From Octopus sinensis (Eukaryota): 64,000 bases of DNA. The stretch spans positions 6,634,001-6,698,000 of the forward strand of contig NC_043026.1 in the NCBI RefSeq assembly GCF_006345805.1, written 5' to 3'. A program made the position numbers and the translations under genes. A model generated the notes under the pieces. It was given only the letters and a program-made list of their open reading frames with translations. It was not told where the DNA came from and ran no database searches. This document shows positions 51,325-63,745 of this stretch, one piece after another (position 1 is the first letter of the stretch; the number at the start of each line of letters is the position of its first letter).

Positions 51325-52467
51325 TTTAATAAAATAAATAAAAAATGTTCTCTAACCGACTGAACCAGGAACATGTGTTTGGGAAGCAAGCTTCTTACCA
51401 TGCAGCCATGCCTAGGCTTCTTTTAGTTTCCATTACCAAATCCTCTCATAAAGCTTTGGTCATCTAGAGGCTATAATAGAAGTCACTTGCCAAAGGTGCT
51501 ATGCAATGAGACTGAACCCAGAACCATGTGGTTTAGAAACAAACTTCTTACCACACAGCCATACCTGCAAATTTTTACTTTTTGAGTTCAAATCCTGCCA
51601 GGGTGAGCCTTGCCTTTCAAAGTTATGTGGAGGAAGTGTGTGTCCATAATACAAAGTACCGTTAATATAAAGTACCATTAAAGTACAAGAGTTGATTTAA
51701 AGGGCTCTGTCCTCCCTCCCACCCTTTCCTCTGTCCAAGTATTCAAAGCCTTACTCTTTACTCTTTTACTCTTTTACTTTTTTCAGTCAGTTGACTGCGG
51801 CCATGCTGGAGCACCGCCTTTAGTCGAGCAAATCGACCCCGGGACTTATTCTTTGTAAGCCCAGTACTTATCCTATCGGTCTCTTATGCCGAACCGCTAA
51901 GTGACGGGGATGGGGATGTAAACACACCGATAGAATAAGTACTGGGCTTACAAAGAATTAGTCTTGGGGTCGAGTTGCTCGACTAAAGGCGATGCTCCAG
52001 CATGGCCGCAGTCAAATGACTGAAAAAAGTAAAAGAGTAAAAGAGTATATGTGTGTGTGTGTGTGTGTGAATGGGCGTTTTTTAAGTGCTGGTATATGTT
52101 TGTATGTCTGTCTGTCTGTCTCTGCAAACTGTAAAGCAACACCTCATTCTGAGCAAATGGTGGTGGTGGCAGCGATGGTACTGCTGTTCGGGGGGGGAGG
52201 GTAGTTGTCATGGTGATGTCAACTATGATGATGCCAATGGTGGTGGTGGTGTGCTGGTGCTGGAATCACTACCACTGACTGTTTATACTACCTGTGTGGG
52301 TGGTGGTGGTGGTGGTGGTGGTGGTGTGAAATGGACAGGGTCAGCATGTAGGTGTATAGGTATATATTTTGCTATCTATCTACCTGTTTATCTATATATC
52401 TCCTTCTCTCTCCCTCTCTCTCTCTATCCATCTATCTATCTATCTATCTGTCTGTCTGTCTGTCTGC

Positions 52468-52529
<62 letters not shown>

Positions 52530-52954
52530 GTCTGTCTGTCTGTCTATATAAGTATGTATATTTATGTGTGTGTGTTTGTGTGAGTGTGTGCGTGTATGTT
52601 TACACACACGCACACACACACACACACACACACGCATGCACACACACACATCAACTAAATCCTGCTAGCATTGTCTTTATGAGTTTCTTACTCCATACCT
52701 GTCTGTCTGTCTGTCTCTCTGTATCTCCCCCCACCGTCTCTCTTCCCCTCTTTTTCCCCCCTTTCCTCTGTCTCTTCTCCTCCTTTCCATTCACCCGCCC
52801 CCCTTTCTGTGTCACCTTACCAACCTACTCCACCCTCTACCTCAAACAATCTAGTTTAAAACAGGGCACAGCCCCTAATACCATATCTTTCCTGCTCCCT
52901 ACTACCACCTAAAAACTGAACCCTAACTCAGGTGAACTCAACTGTACAGTGACA

Positions 52955-53407
52955 GCAGCAGTAGTAGCAGTTGCAGTGGTGGTGGAGGTAGTAGTAGTAG
53001 TAGTAGTAGTTGTGGTGGTGGTGGAGGTAGTAGTAGTAGTTGTGGTGGTGGTGGAGGTAGTAGTAGTAGTAGTAGTAGTTGTGGTGGTGGTGGAGGTAGT
53101 AGTAGTAGTTGTGGTGGTGGTGGAGGTAGTAGTAGTAGTTGTGGGGTGGTTGTGGTGGCAGAGGCAGTAGTAGTAGTTGTGGGGTGGTTGTGGTGTGGTG
53201 GTGGTGGTGATAATGATGATGGTGGTGATGATGGTTTTGTTGGTGGTGGTGGGGAAGATGGTTGTAGCAGTAGTAGTTGTAGTAGCGGTGTTAGTGGTAG
53301 CAGCAAGAGTAGTAGTAGTAGTCGTAGTGGTGGTGGTGGTGATGGCAGTAGTAGTAGTAGTAGTGGTGGTGGTGGTGCTAGTAACAGTAGTCATAGTGGT
53401 GGTGATG

Positions 53408-53469
<62 letters not shown>

Positions 53470-53605
53470 GGTGGTGGTGGTGGTGGTGTGGTAGTAATAG
53501 TAGTCATAGTGGTGGTGATGGCAGCAGCAGCAGTAGTAGTAGTAGTGGTGGTGGTGCTGGTGCTGGTGGTGGTGGTGGTAGTAATAGTAGTCGTAGTGGT
53601 GGTGA
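52955..53605. repeat. (GTA/GTG)n microsatellite
   Basis: Direct reading. Confidence 0.93.
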
Positions 53606-54624
53606 TGTTGCAACTTTTATATATATTTGACATTTATAACACCAGTCCTTGGTACCAAACCATGTGGAGTGAGATCCCCATCGAGAGCTCCTTAATACAC
53701 CAGCATATCATCATAACTGCTTTGTGTAAGTCTCTTAATTTGGCTGGTCAAAGCTGTGATGTCACTTTGCCGCAGTGGTTAGTATAGCTACAGGTTTTTA
53801 CAGCAAATGAGATGTTTGGATCTTGTAGGTAATATTATAACTTTTTTCTGTCTTCATCTACATCATCATCATCATCATCATCGTTTAACGTCCGTTTTCC
53901 ACGCTAGCACAGGTTGGACGGTTCGACCGGGGTCTGGGAAGCCAGGGGCTGCACCAGGCTCCAGTCTGATCTGGCAGAGTTTCTACAGCTGGATGCCCTT
54001 CCTAACGCCAACCACTCCGCGAGTGTAGTGGGTGCTTTTTACGTGCCACCTGCATAGGTGCCAGGGGCATCCGGTATCGGCCACAATCGGTTGGAGCTTT
54101 TAACGTGCCACCGGCACGGAAGGCAGCCAACGGCCACGTTCGGATGGTGCTTTTTTTATGTGCCACCAGCACTGGAGCCAGTCGAGGCAGCGCTGGCCTC
54201 GGCCACATTCGGACGGTGCTTTTTATGTGCCACTGGCACAGAAACCAGTCGGGGCGGCACTGGCATCGGCCACGTTCAGATGGTGCTTTTTATGTGCTAC
54301 CGGCACAGAAACCAGTCGGGGCGGCACTGGCATCGGCCACGTTCGGACGGTGCTTTTTATGTGCTACCGGCACAGAAACCAGTCGGGGCGGCACTGGCAT
54401 CGGCCACGTTCAGATGGTGCTTTTTATGTGCTACCGGCACATATAAAAAGCTATATCTTAGATACTCACTGACAGGTCACAAGTATGTCATTGCAATGGT
54501 TTAGTTTAAGCCTAATAATTTGGCTGGTTAAAGATGTGGTGTCACTTTGGTGTAGTGCTTAGTGAAGCTACACAGTTTATAGGAAATATGATGTTTGAAT
54601 CACACAGACTGTTAATGAGCTGTG

Positions 54625-54831
54625 GGAACACCATACTTCATTATACAACAAAATATACTAAACATTTTTTATAAGTCAAAACCGTGTTCTGCTGTGTTAG
54701 CAGTGCTATTACATCACTTGTTAAGGTTATCTTAACAAGTGATGTAATAGCACTGCTAACACAGCAGAACAAGGTAGTGACTTATAAAAAATGTTTAATA
54801 TATTTTGTTGTATAATGAAATACGGTGTTCC
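54625..54831. mobile_element. 207-bp near-perfect palindrome
   Basis: ~100-bp arms GGAACACC...CTTGTTAAG / CTTAACAAG...GGTGTTCC, loop 54726-54730. Confidence 0.85.
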
Positions 54832-56293
54832 TTGCTTACCAATGACATGGTTCTGGGTTCAGTCTCACTGCATGGCACCTTGGCCCAGTGTCTTCTACTA
54901 TAGTCTTGGGCCAACCAAAGCCTTGTGAGTGGATTTAGTAGACAGAAACTGAAAGAAGCCCATCATAAATATATATATATATATATATGTATATTTGTGT
55001 GTGTGTGTGTGTGTATGTCCTCCCCCACCATCGCTTGACAACCAATGTTGGTCTCTTTATGTCCCCATAACTTAGCGGTTTGGCAAAAGGGACCAATAGA
55101 ATAAGTACAACGCTTACAAAGAATAAGTCCTGGGGTAGGTTTGATTTCTTCGACTGAAGGCGGTGCTCCAGCATGGCCACAGGTGAAATGACTAAAACCA
55201 GTAAAAGAGTAAGATCACAGTCCCACATGCATGGACGTACACACACGCACACATACAATTGCACAAAAGGCTTCTTTACAGTTTTCACCTAGTAAGCCCC
55301 TTACAAAACTTTCACTGGCAACACACTTGTCCAAATTTCCACGCGGTGGGACTGAAACAGAAACCATGTGGTTTGGTTGCAAACATCTTACCCCACAGCC
55401 ACGCCTGTTAAATTATTGCACTGCATGGGTGTGTGAAGAGCCCGATGTTTCGAACCTTTGCCCTTCATCGGAGAGCAAGTGTGGGAGGAAAGAGAGAAAG
55501 TGGCTCCCTCAGTCGGGCTGCGGCTATTGATTGAAGACCATTCGTGGTCAGTATGCTCTCTCTTCATGTGCCATACCTGTTTATACAGACATTGACAAAC
55601 ATGTAGCACCATGTCTAAGTAGGTAGATTCATGTTTTACGTGGGAGAAATACAAAAGTCGTTAGCTGTCACCTTCTCCTAATATATTTACTGTTTAAATA
55701 CAAGCTCTCGCACACACACACACACACACACACAGAGTCTCTGAAACACATATGTGTTTACATACAAAAAAACCTAGAGTCATTATACATACATACATAC
55801 ACACACATTGACACATACATTTACATCGAGGCTCAGACACACATATACATTTACACACGTACACACAAATACACACAGTCATATATACATATACAAATAC
55901 ATATATACCAACATACAAACACATACACACACACACATATATATATATATGAATGTATACATCTATACATACAAATATACATACAGATAGATGCAGACAT
56001 ACATATACACACACACACATGATTCAGATTCCGAAGCAGGTGTCTGGTAATTTGGAGACCAGTTACTACAGGTAAGTCTGATTAGACTGGCTGAGACAGG
56101 TAACACGATTTTAAGGTAAGTACTTCTCTGGGGGGAGGTAAAATACTTCTCTGCTGCATGTATAATGAACATAGAGGTATTACATAGGTATTTACCTATA
56201 AGGTTTTTTTACCCCATGCTGGCCACTCAGTATGATCGTTATTTTAAATAACGGTCTTAATATATATATATATAACGTATGTATATATATATA

Positions 56294-56338
<45 letters not shown>

Positions 56339-56470
56339 GTATGTATATATATTTTATATATGTATGTATGTATGTATGTGTCTATTTGTCTATCTATTTA
56401 TCTATATATCTAACTTTCTAAATATATATATATACACACACATACACCTCCCCCCCATATATATATATAG

Positions 56471-56505
<35 letters not shown>

Positions 56506-56999
56506 ATATATTATAGAGATGTACTTGCATAGCAAGTGACCTGATCTGAGATCGTGTGCTGAAAGTAAAAAAAACAATTGCAGCGTGGAAGGTGTTTATA
56601 AGCCATTTAAGAAGCCCAAAAACTTTAGATTCACTTCAATGAGATTTGTCTGTGTGTGTGTGTGTGTGTAGGTGAAATAAACATCAGAGCCACACACACA
56701 TCATCATCATCATATAATAATAATAATAATAACAGTAACAATAATCTTAGGATGGTATATATAAACATTTAATGTATCGCTACATGCAGGTTTCCGCGAA
56801 TCACATGTCTTCTTCAGACCAGAGTCCATATTTCTGGGATGATTACGGTGTAGTCCGTAGTATCCATGGACATGGAAGAGATCATCTTCAAGAATTCATT
56901 TGTTCAAGCGAAATCACATTAATAGATGTTTAACCGAGGGATGTTTGTCCATTTTGACCAGTGCAAAGGTCGATTCAGTTCATGTAACTCAATTGGTCA

Positions 57000-57019
57000 A
57001 TTGAGAGAGAGAGAGACAG

Positions 57020-57060
<41 letters not shown>

Positions 57061-57089
57061 CAGACAGACAGATAGAGAGAGAGAGACAT

Positions 57090-57120
<31 letters not shown>

Positions 57121-57129
57121 TAGACAGAC

Positions 57130-57216
<87 letters not shown>

Positions 57217-57280
57217 GTAGGTAGGTAGGTAGGTAGGTAGGTAGGTAGGAGGTAGGTAGGTAGGTAGGTAGGTAGGTAGG

Positions 57281-57324
<44 letters not shown>

Positions 57325-57345
57325 CAGGTAGATAGATAGACATTA
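57000..57345. repeat. (GA)n/(GATA)n/(GGTA)n compound microsatellite
   Basis: Direct reading. Confidence 0.93.
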
Positions 57346-58326
57346 GTATTTGATGATGATGATGACAATGAAGATGATATGTGAATTTACTGAGATAAGG
57401 TATGACGACAGAGAGAGAGAGAGAGAGAGAGTGAGACTTGACTGCTATTTCTAGCAGGTTAATTGAATTGACTACCTAGTAGAGGCTTTCTTTAATGGCT
57501 TTCTTCTTCCCATCCAGCCATGTAATCTTGGACACAGAGGTGTGTGTGTGTGTGTGGGGGGGGTTATGTGGTGGTGTGGTCGGGGTAGGGGGGAGACAAG
57601 GCAATATTTACTGTTCTTACCGGGGGGGGGGGGGTAAGGAGAAGGATGACGAGGGTGGGGAGGTGGGGACTGGGTCCTTGGTCACAGGGGTCGTGTTACA
57701 TTGTACAGGGCCTGGGGAGGGCCGCGTGTGTGTGTGCACGCATGTGTGTGCGTGTGTGTGTTACAAGTGTATGTGTATGCGTGTGTGTGTGTGTACATGT
57801 GTTATGTATGTTCGTACGTGTCTGTATGTGTGTGTATGTATGCATGTATGTGTGTGCATTTGTCTGTGAGTGTGTGTGTATATATATATATATATTTACT
57901 CTTTTACTTGTTTCAGTCATTTGACTGCGGCCATGCTGTAGCACCGCCTTTAGTCAGGCAAATCAACCCCAGGACTTATTCTTTGTAAGCCCAGTACTTA
58001 TGCTATCGGTCTCTTTTGCCAAACCGCTAAGTGACGGGGATGTAAACACACCAGCACCGGTTGTCAAGCGATGTTAGGAGGACAAACATATACACACACA
58101 CACATATATATATACATATATACGACGGGCTTCTTTTCAGTTTCCGTCTACCAAATCCACTCACAAGGCATGGTTGGCCTGAGGCTACAGGAGAAGACAC
58201 TTGCCCAAGGTACCACGCAGTGGGACTGAACCTAGAACCATGTGGTTGGTAAACAAGCTACTTACCACACAGCCACTCCTATATATATATATTATATATA
58301 TATATATTATATATATATATACACAC

Positions 58327-58358
<32 letters not shown>

Positions 58359-58737
58359 GTATATGTATGTATGTGTATGTATATATATATGTATATGCTT
58401 GTATGTGTCTCTATGTGAATATGTGGGTGGGTGTGCATCTGCATGTTTTTGTGTACCAGTGTGTATGTGTGATTACACATTTATGTGTGTGTGTGTCTAC
58501 ATATAGGTGCAGGAGTGGCTGTGTGGTAAGAAGCTTGCTTACCAGCCACATGGTTCCAGGTTCAGTCCCACTGCATGACACCTTGGGTAAAATGTCTTCT
58601 ACTAAAGCCCCAGCCCCTGCATCATGGGAAGAGGACCATCTGGAACTATATCAGTTTCTGTTAAGATTTCCAGCCTCTTATGCTGTGGGTACTTGGTGGA
58701 GATCTCGTCTTCCTGAATTGCATGGAGGTGGTCTTCA

Positions 58738-59160
58738 GTCATCATCACCATTGTTTGACTGTGGTCGAGACAATGGAATTTACCATGCTACGCCAGACTT
58801 CACGGTCCATCATGGCATTACGGAGGTCCTGTTGCTGGATGCCTGTATCCCTGGAGATTACATCAGGGTAGGAGAGTGTGCGCCCTCTGGTATTGCGAGT
58901 AGATGGCTTCCAGAGGAGAAGACTAGAAATTACCTCGTTTTCAGCTCTACAATAATGTCCAGCAAACTGGACTCTCCTACCTTTCACAAGAGATGACACA
59001 GGTGGTAGTTTCCCATATATTTGCATTTTGGTTGGATGGCGCTTCCACCAGAGATTTTGAGCTCTCATAAGGAGGCGAGTGTAGGTTCCATCCAACCGCC
59101 TCTCAAGCTTCTTTGATAACGTCCAGGTTTCTGAGCCATATAGTAGAATTGGTTCGACTG
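58738..59160 (-). mobile_element. 5'-truncated RTE-clade LINE with (TGA)n tail and 24-bp TSD
   Basis: VEPILLYGSETWTL...RRVQFAGHYCRA...REVWRSMV; TSD TGAATTGCATGGAGGTGG(T/C)CTTCA at 58714-58737 and 59161-59184. Confidence 0.9.
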
Positions 59161-59489
59161 TGAATTGCATGGAGGTGGCCTTCAAAGTGGAATGGCATAA
59201 ACTTGTTGATACTTCATGATCAGTCCCTTCTAAGGCTTGAGTTTTTCATGCCAAGTAACCATGGACAACCCCATCTGTGAACTGGTCCATTTTGTATGTC
59301 ATTGTTCAATTTTATTTCAAGATTTCTTGCCAATAGAAAAAGAATCGGTTTCTAACCAAGATCCATGGCTCCTCCATTGGAATTTCAACAACAACAAGGT
59401 ATTTTTGTTTGTATGTATGTATATGTGCAGATTTTTTTGTTTTGTTTTATGTATGTCTTCTCATGCATATAGCTACATATCTAGATAGG

Positions 59490-59940
59490 CTCATATATAT
59501 TTAAATGATAAACTTCTGGAAAGTTTTACAGATTTTTACAGTTCCAGTGATGGATTGGATCTGTAGTCTTCGAATTCATTTTCTCCTTTCTGGTTTTGAG
59601 AAGCCTGATTTTTCAAGATCGGTATTTAGGCAGTGTGTTGCATATCCCAGGGCCCCAATAATTACAGGTATAAACCTGAACTTTTAATCTGGATAGAGTA
59701 ACTACAGATTTCTCAATAAATACTTCAGCATAGGTATTTTCTTTTTCACTGATCTTTAACCTTATGTTAACATCTGCTGGGCAGCTAATTTCCACAACTG
59801 TGCACAGTTTCTCTTCTCTATCCCCAATCATTATGTCAGGTCTATTGTGCTTACATTTTATTGAGGTCTTCACTGGGACATTCCACCAGTATTCCTTCAT
59901 ATCATGAGTTGCTATGGCTTCTACCATACCGTGGATAGTT
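59490..59940 (-). mobile_element. Non-LTR retrotransposon C-terminal restriction-like endonuclease (R2/R4-type RLE) relic
   Basis: WWN...NRPDIMIGDREEKLCTVVEISCPAD..I..K..EKENTY, then after a frameshift FIPVIIGALGY. Confidence 0.8.
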
Positions 59941-60289
59941 TTTTCTTTAGCTAATGTCTGTCTGCTTGTCTGTCTGTATGTATGTACTAATATGAATGTA
60001 CGTGTGTGTGTGTGTGTGTGTGCACACGTTTGTTTGTTAAAGTAGGTTATTACCTCGAAGCAATTTTAAGAATAACAGCAGAGCATTTATGAGTGGTGGA
60101 GTTGGTGTGGGACAGACTGCAAATTGGGAACAAAGTAATACTCATTACATAGTCTGGGACTTCGAATTTCACCTGAAGCAGCTAGGTGAAACGTAATGCT
60201 CTCATGAACCCAATTGTTTTAATGACACATGCACGCGCGCACGCACACACTCACACACACAAATGTGTGTGTGAGTGTGTGCGCAAGTG

Positions 60290-60600
60290 GTACTTATTTA
60301 ATCGACCCCGAAAGGATGAAAGGCAAAGTCGACCTCGGTGAAATTTGAACTCAGAATGTAGTGGCAGACGAAATACCTATTTCTTTACTACCCACAAGGG
60401 GCTAAACACAGAGGGGACAAACAAGGACAGACAAACGGATCAAGTCGATTATATCGAACCTAGTGCGTAACTGGTTCTTATTTCATCGGCCCCGAAATGA
60501 TGAAAGTCGACTTCGGCGTAATTTGAACTCAGAACGCAGCGGCCGACGAAATACCACAAAGTATTTCGCCCGGAGCGCTAACGTTTCTGCCAACTCGCCG
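60290..60600 (-). mobile_element. Nested or dimeric SINE (AAAGAAATA-tail family)
   Basis: One copy's tail joins a second copy at GACGAAATACC|TATTTCTT (~60375). Confidence 0.7.
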
Positions 60601-60737
60601 CTTTATGTTGTATTATATACATTTTAGAAGGAAACCACTAATGTTCTTGGGAACATTTCTTAGTGGTAAGACCAAAGCGGATCTATTTTTAGCATAAGGG
60701 TGTCCACATAGTGGTTTCCCTCTAATATGTGTGTATA

Positions 60738-62947
60738 TCTTCTTTATATATAAAAGTGAAGTTGTGTGTCTGTCCCCTTCGATTTAGATTCCTAACTACT
60801 CCCACATTTTGCGGTGCAGTTTAACCAAAAGCGGGTATCTTATAGTCGTGATTCATATCGAGCCCTTCTGGGTATTAGCGCGCGTCTAGGATGAGTCTAC
60901 GATTTTAAAAATAATTTACCATAATTTTTTTCCATTTTAATGCATTTATTCGCTATTATATAAGGGAAGTAACTCTCTAAAAATGTCTACGATGAGTCAA
61001 CGATTTAAAAAAAATTTACCATAATTTTTTTCCCATTTTTAATGCATTTTTTTGCTATCTTTTGGCTATAACTCTCTAAAAATGCTTATATAGTTATTTC
61101 CCTTACAAATCCGAGCAACGCCGGGCGATACTGCTAGTATATATATATATATAGATATACATTCACGTACAACACATAAACACACACACATATATCTATA
61201 TATATATAAAACTCTAGTTGTGTGAGTGTCTGTCCCCTTCGATTTAGATTCCTAACTCCTCCCACATTTTGCGGTGCAGTTTAACCAAAACCGGGTATCT
61301 TATAGTCGTGATTCATATCGAGCCCGTCTGGGTATTAGCGCGCGTTTACGATGAGTCTACGATTTAAAAAATAATTTAACATAATTTTTTATTCCATTTT
61401 AATGCATAATTTTTCGTGTGTCGATGGCGGCGGAGTTGGCGTCCACGCTCACAGCTGCACCTGTTTGCTTCTCCCCCTTCTTCCCTCCCTCGTGAAGCTG
61501 TGGGGAAGGGAGTGTAAGGAAATCAACGTCGTAAAGCGTTGTCAAGGAGACCAGCGTTCTTTTAGAACAACGACTTCATGGCTTGAAGACACCAAAACAG
61601 AAATGGCTAAGAAAGCCCGAATTGGCATCTATAAGGGAAGTAACTCTCTAAAAATGTCTACGATGAGTCAACGATTTAAAAAAAATTTACCATAATTTTT
61701 TTCCCATTTTTAATGCATTTTTTTGCTATCTTTTGGCTATAACTCTCTAAAAATGCTTATATAGTTATTTCCCTTACAAACCCGAGCAACGCCGGGCGAT
61801 ACTGCTAGTATATATATATATATAGATATACATTCACGTACAACACATAAACACACACACATATATCTATATATATATAAAACTCTAGTTGTGTGAGTGT
61901 CTGTCCCCTTCGATTTAGATTCCTAACTCCTCCCACATTTTGCGGTGCAGTTTAACCAAAACCGGGTATCTTATAGTCGTGATTCATATCGAGCCCGTCT
62001 GGGTATTAGCGCGCGTTTACGATGAGTCTACGATTTAAAAAATAATTTAACATCATTTTTTATTCCATTTTAATGCATAATTTTTCGTGTGTCGATGGCG
62101 GCGGAGTTGGCGTCCACGCTCACAGCTGCACCTGTTTGCTTCTCCCCCTTCCCTCCCTCGTGAAGGTGTGGGGAAGGGAGTGTAAAGAAATCAACGTCGT
62201 AATGCGTTGTCAAGGAGACCAGCGTTCTTTTAGAACAACGACTTCATGGCTTGAAGACACCAAAACAGAAATGGCTAAGAAAGCCCGAATTGGCATCTAT
62301 AAGGGAAGTAACTCTCTAAAAATGCTTATATAGTTATTTCCCTTACAAATCCGAGCAACGCCGGGCGATACTGCTAGTATAATATATATATAGATATACA
62401 TTCACGTACAACACATAAACACACAACATATATCTATATATATATAAAACTCTAGTTGTGTGAGTGTCTGTCCCCTTCGATTTAGATTCCTAACTCCTCC
62501 CACATTTTGCGGTGCAGTTTAACCAAAACCGGGTATCTTATAGTCGTGATTCATATCGAGCCCGTCTGGGTATTAGCGCGCGTTTACGATGAGTCTACGA
62601 TTTAAAAAATAATTTAACATAATTTTTTATTCCATTTTAATGCATAATTTTTCGTGTGTCGATGGCGGCGGAGTTGGCGTCCACGCTCACAGCTGCACCT
62701 GTTTGCTTCTCCCCCTTCTTCCCTCCCTCGTGAAGCTGTGGGGAAGGGAGTGTAAGGAAATCAACGTCGTAATGCGTTGTCAAGGAGACCAGCGTTCTTT
62801 TAGAACAACGACTTCATGGCTTGAAGACACCAAAACAGAAATGGCTAAGAAAGCCCGAATTGGCATCTATAAGGGAAGTAACTCTCTAAAAATGCTTATA
62901 TAGTTATTTCCTTTACAAACCCGAGCAACGCCGGGTGATACTGCTAG
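60738..62947 (+). mobile_element. Tandem array of four non-autonomous Helitrons (60738-61137, 61195-61808, 61866-62377, 62433-62947)
   Basis: Each unit is A|TC...hairpin...CTAG|T, separated by a ~56-bp repeated spacer. Confidence 0.88.
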
Positions 62948-62979
62948 TATATATACATTCACGTACAACACACACACAC

Positions 62980-63010
<31 letters not shown>

Positions 63011-63304
63011 GTTCTACTGTAGCATACGTGCACAGTAAATCGCGTACGCAAACACGAATACTGTTACTTGCCGCCGCCGCCCACCTCACGCCCCCCCTCC
63101 CATTGTAACGTAGACCGTTCTTAACATAGCTAAAACTGACCTCTGACCTCCTTTCAGAGACCGGTGGGTGGCGGGGGAGGGAGGGGAATACTTCAGACCT
63201 CTCGCTCACTCTCTTAGCAGCTATTACACTTCTCTTGCAAAGGCCTGGTGAGTAAACCCCTCCAGGGAGTACAGACCCCCCACCGCAACCAGAATTGAAC
63301 TGAT

Positions 63305-63745
63305 CATCTCTCTCTCTCTCTCTCTCTCTTTGCCTCTCTTTCTATCTCTCTTCCTGTCTGAATGTCTTCCCATCTAGCTGTCTCCCCCTCTGCCTGTCTG
63401 TATCTGTCTGTCTCTCATTCTCTTTCTGCCCCTTTTTCTCTCACTCTCACTTTCTCCCTCTCTCTCGATCTGTCTGTCTCTCCCTCTCTCTCGATCTGTC
63501 TGTCTCTCCCTCTCTCTCTTTCTATCTCTCTCACAGTCAGTCTCATTTTCTTGATGCTTCTTTGACTATGTATCTCTCTCTATCACTCACTCTCTCTTTA
63601 TCCCTCATTCTATCATTCTCACTCACAGTCTGTCTCCCTCTTTGGCTGTCTCTGTCTTTTTCTCTCTCAGTGTCTTTCTATCTCCCTCTCTGGTCGTCCG
63701 TTTCAGTCTATCTATCGCACTTAGTTGGTCTCTCTCTCTCTCCTT
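63305..63745. repeat. (CT)n-rich low-complexity tract
   Basis: Direct reading; a mirror-type (GA)n tract lies at 3150-3590. Confidence 0.9.

Noticed and set aside
61402-62903. Thrice-repeated ~87-97 aa ORF MHNFSCVDGGG...
   Set aside because: It lies within the Helitron internal insert, has no RepHel or other recognisable motif, and repeats only because the element does.
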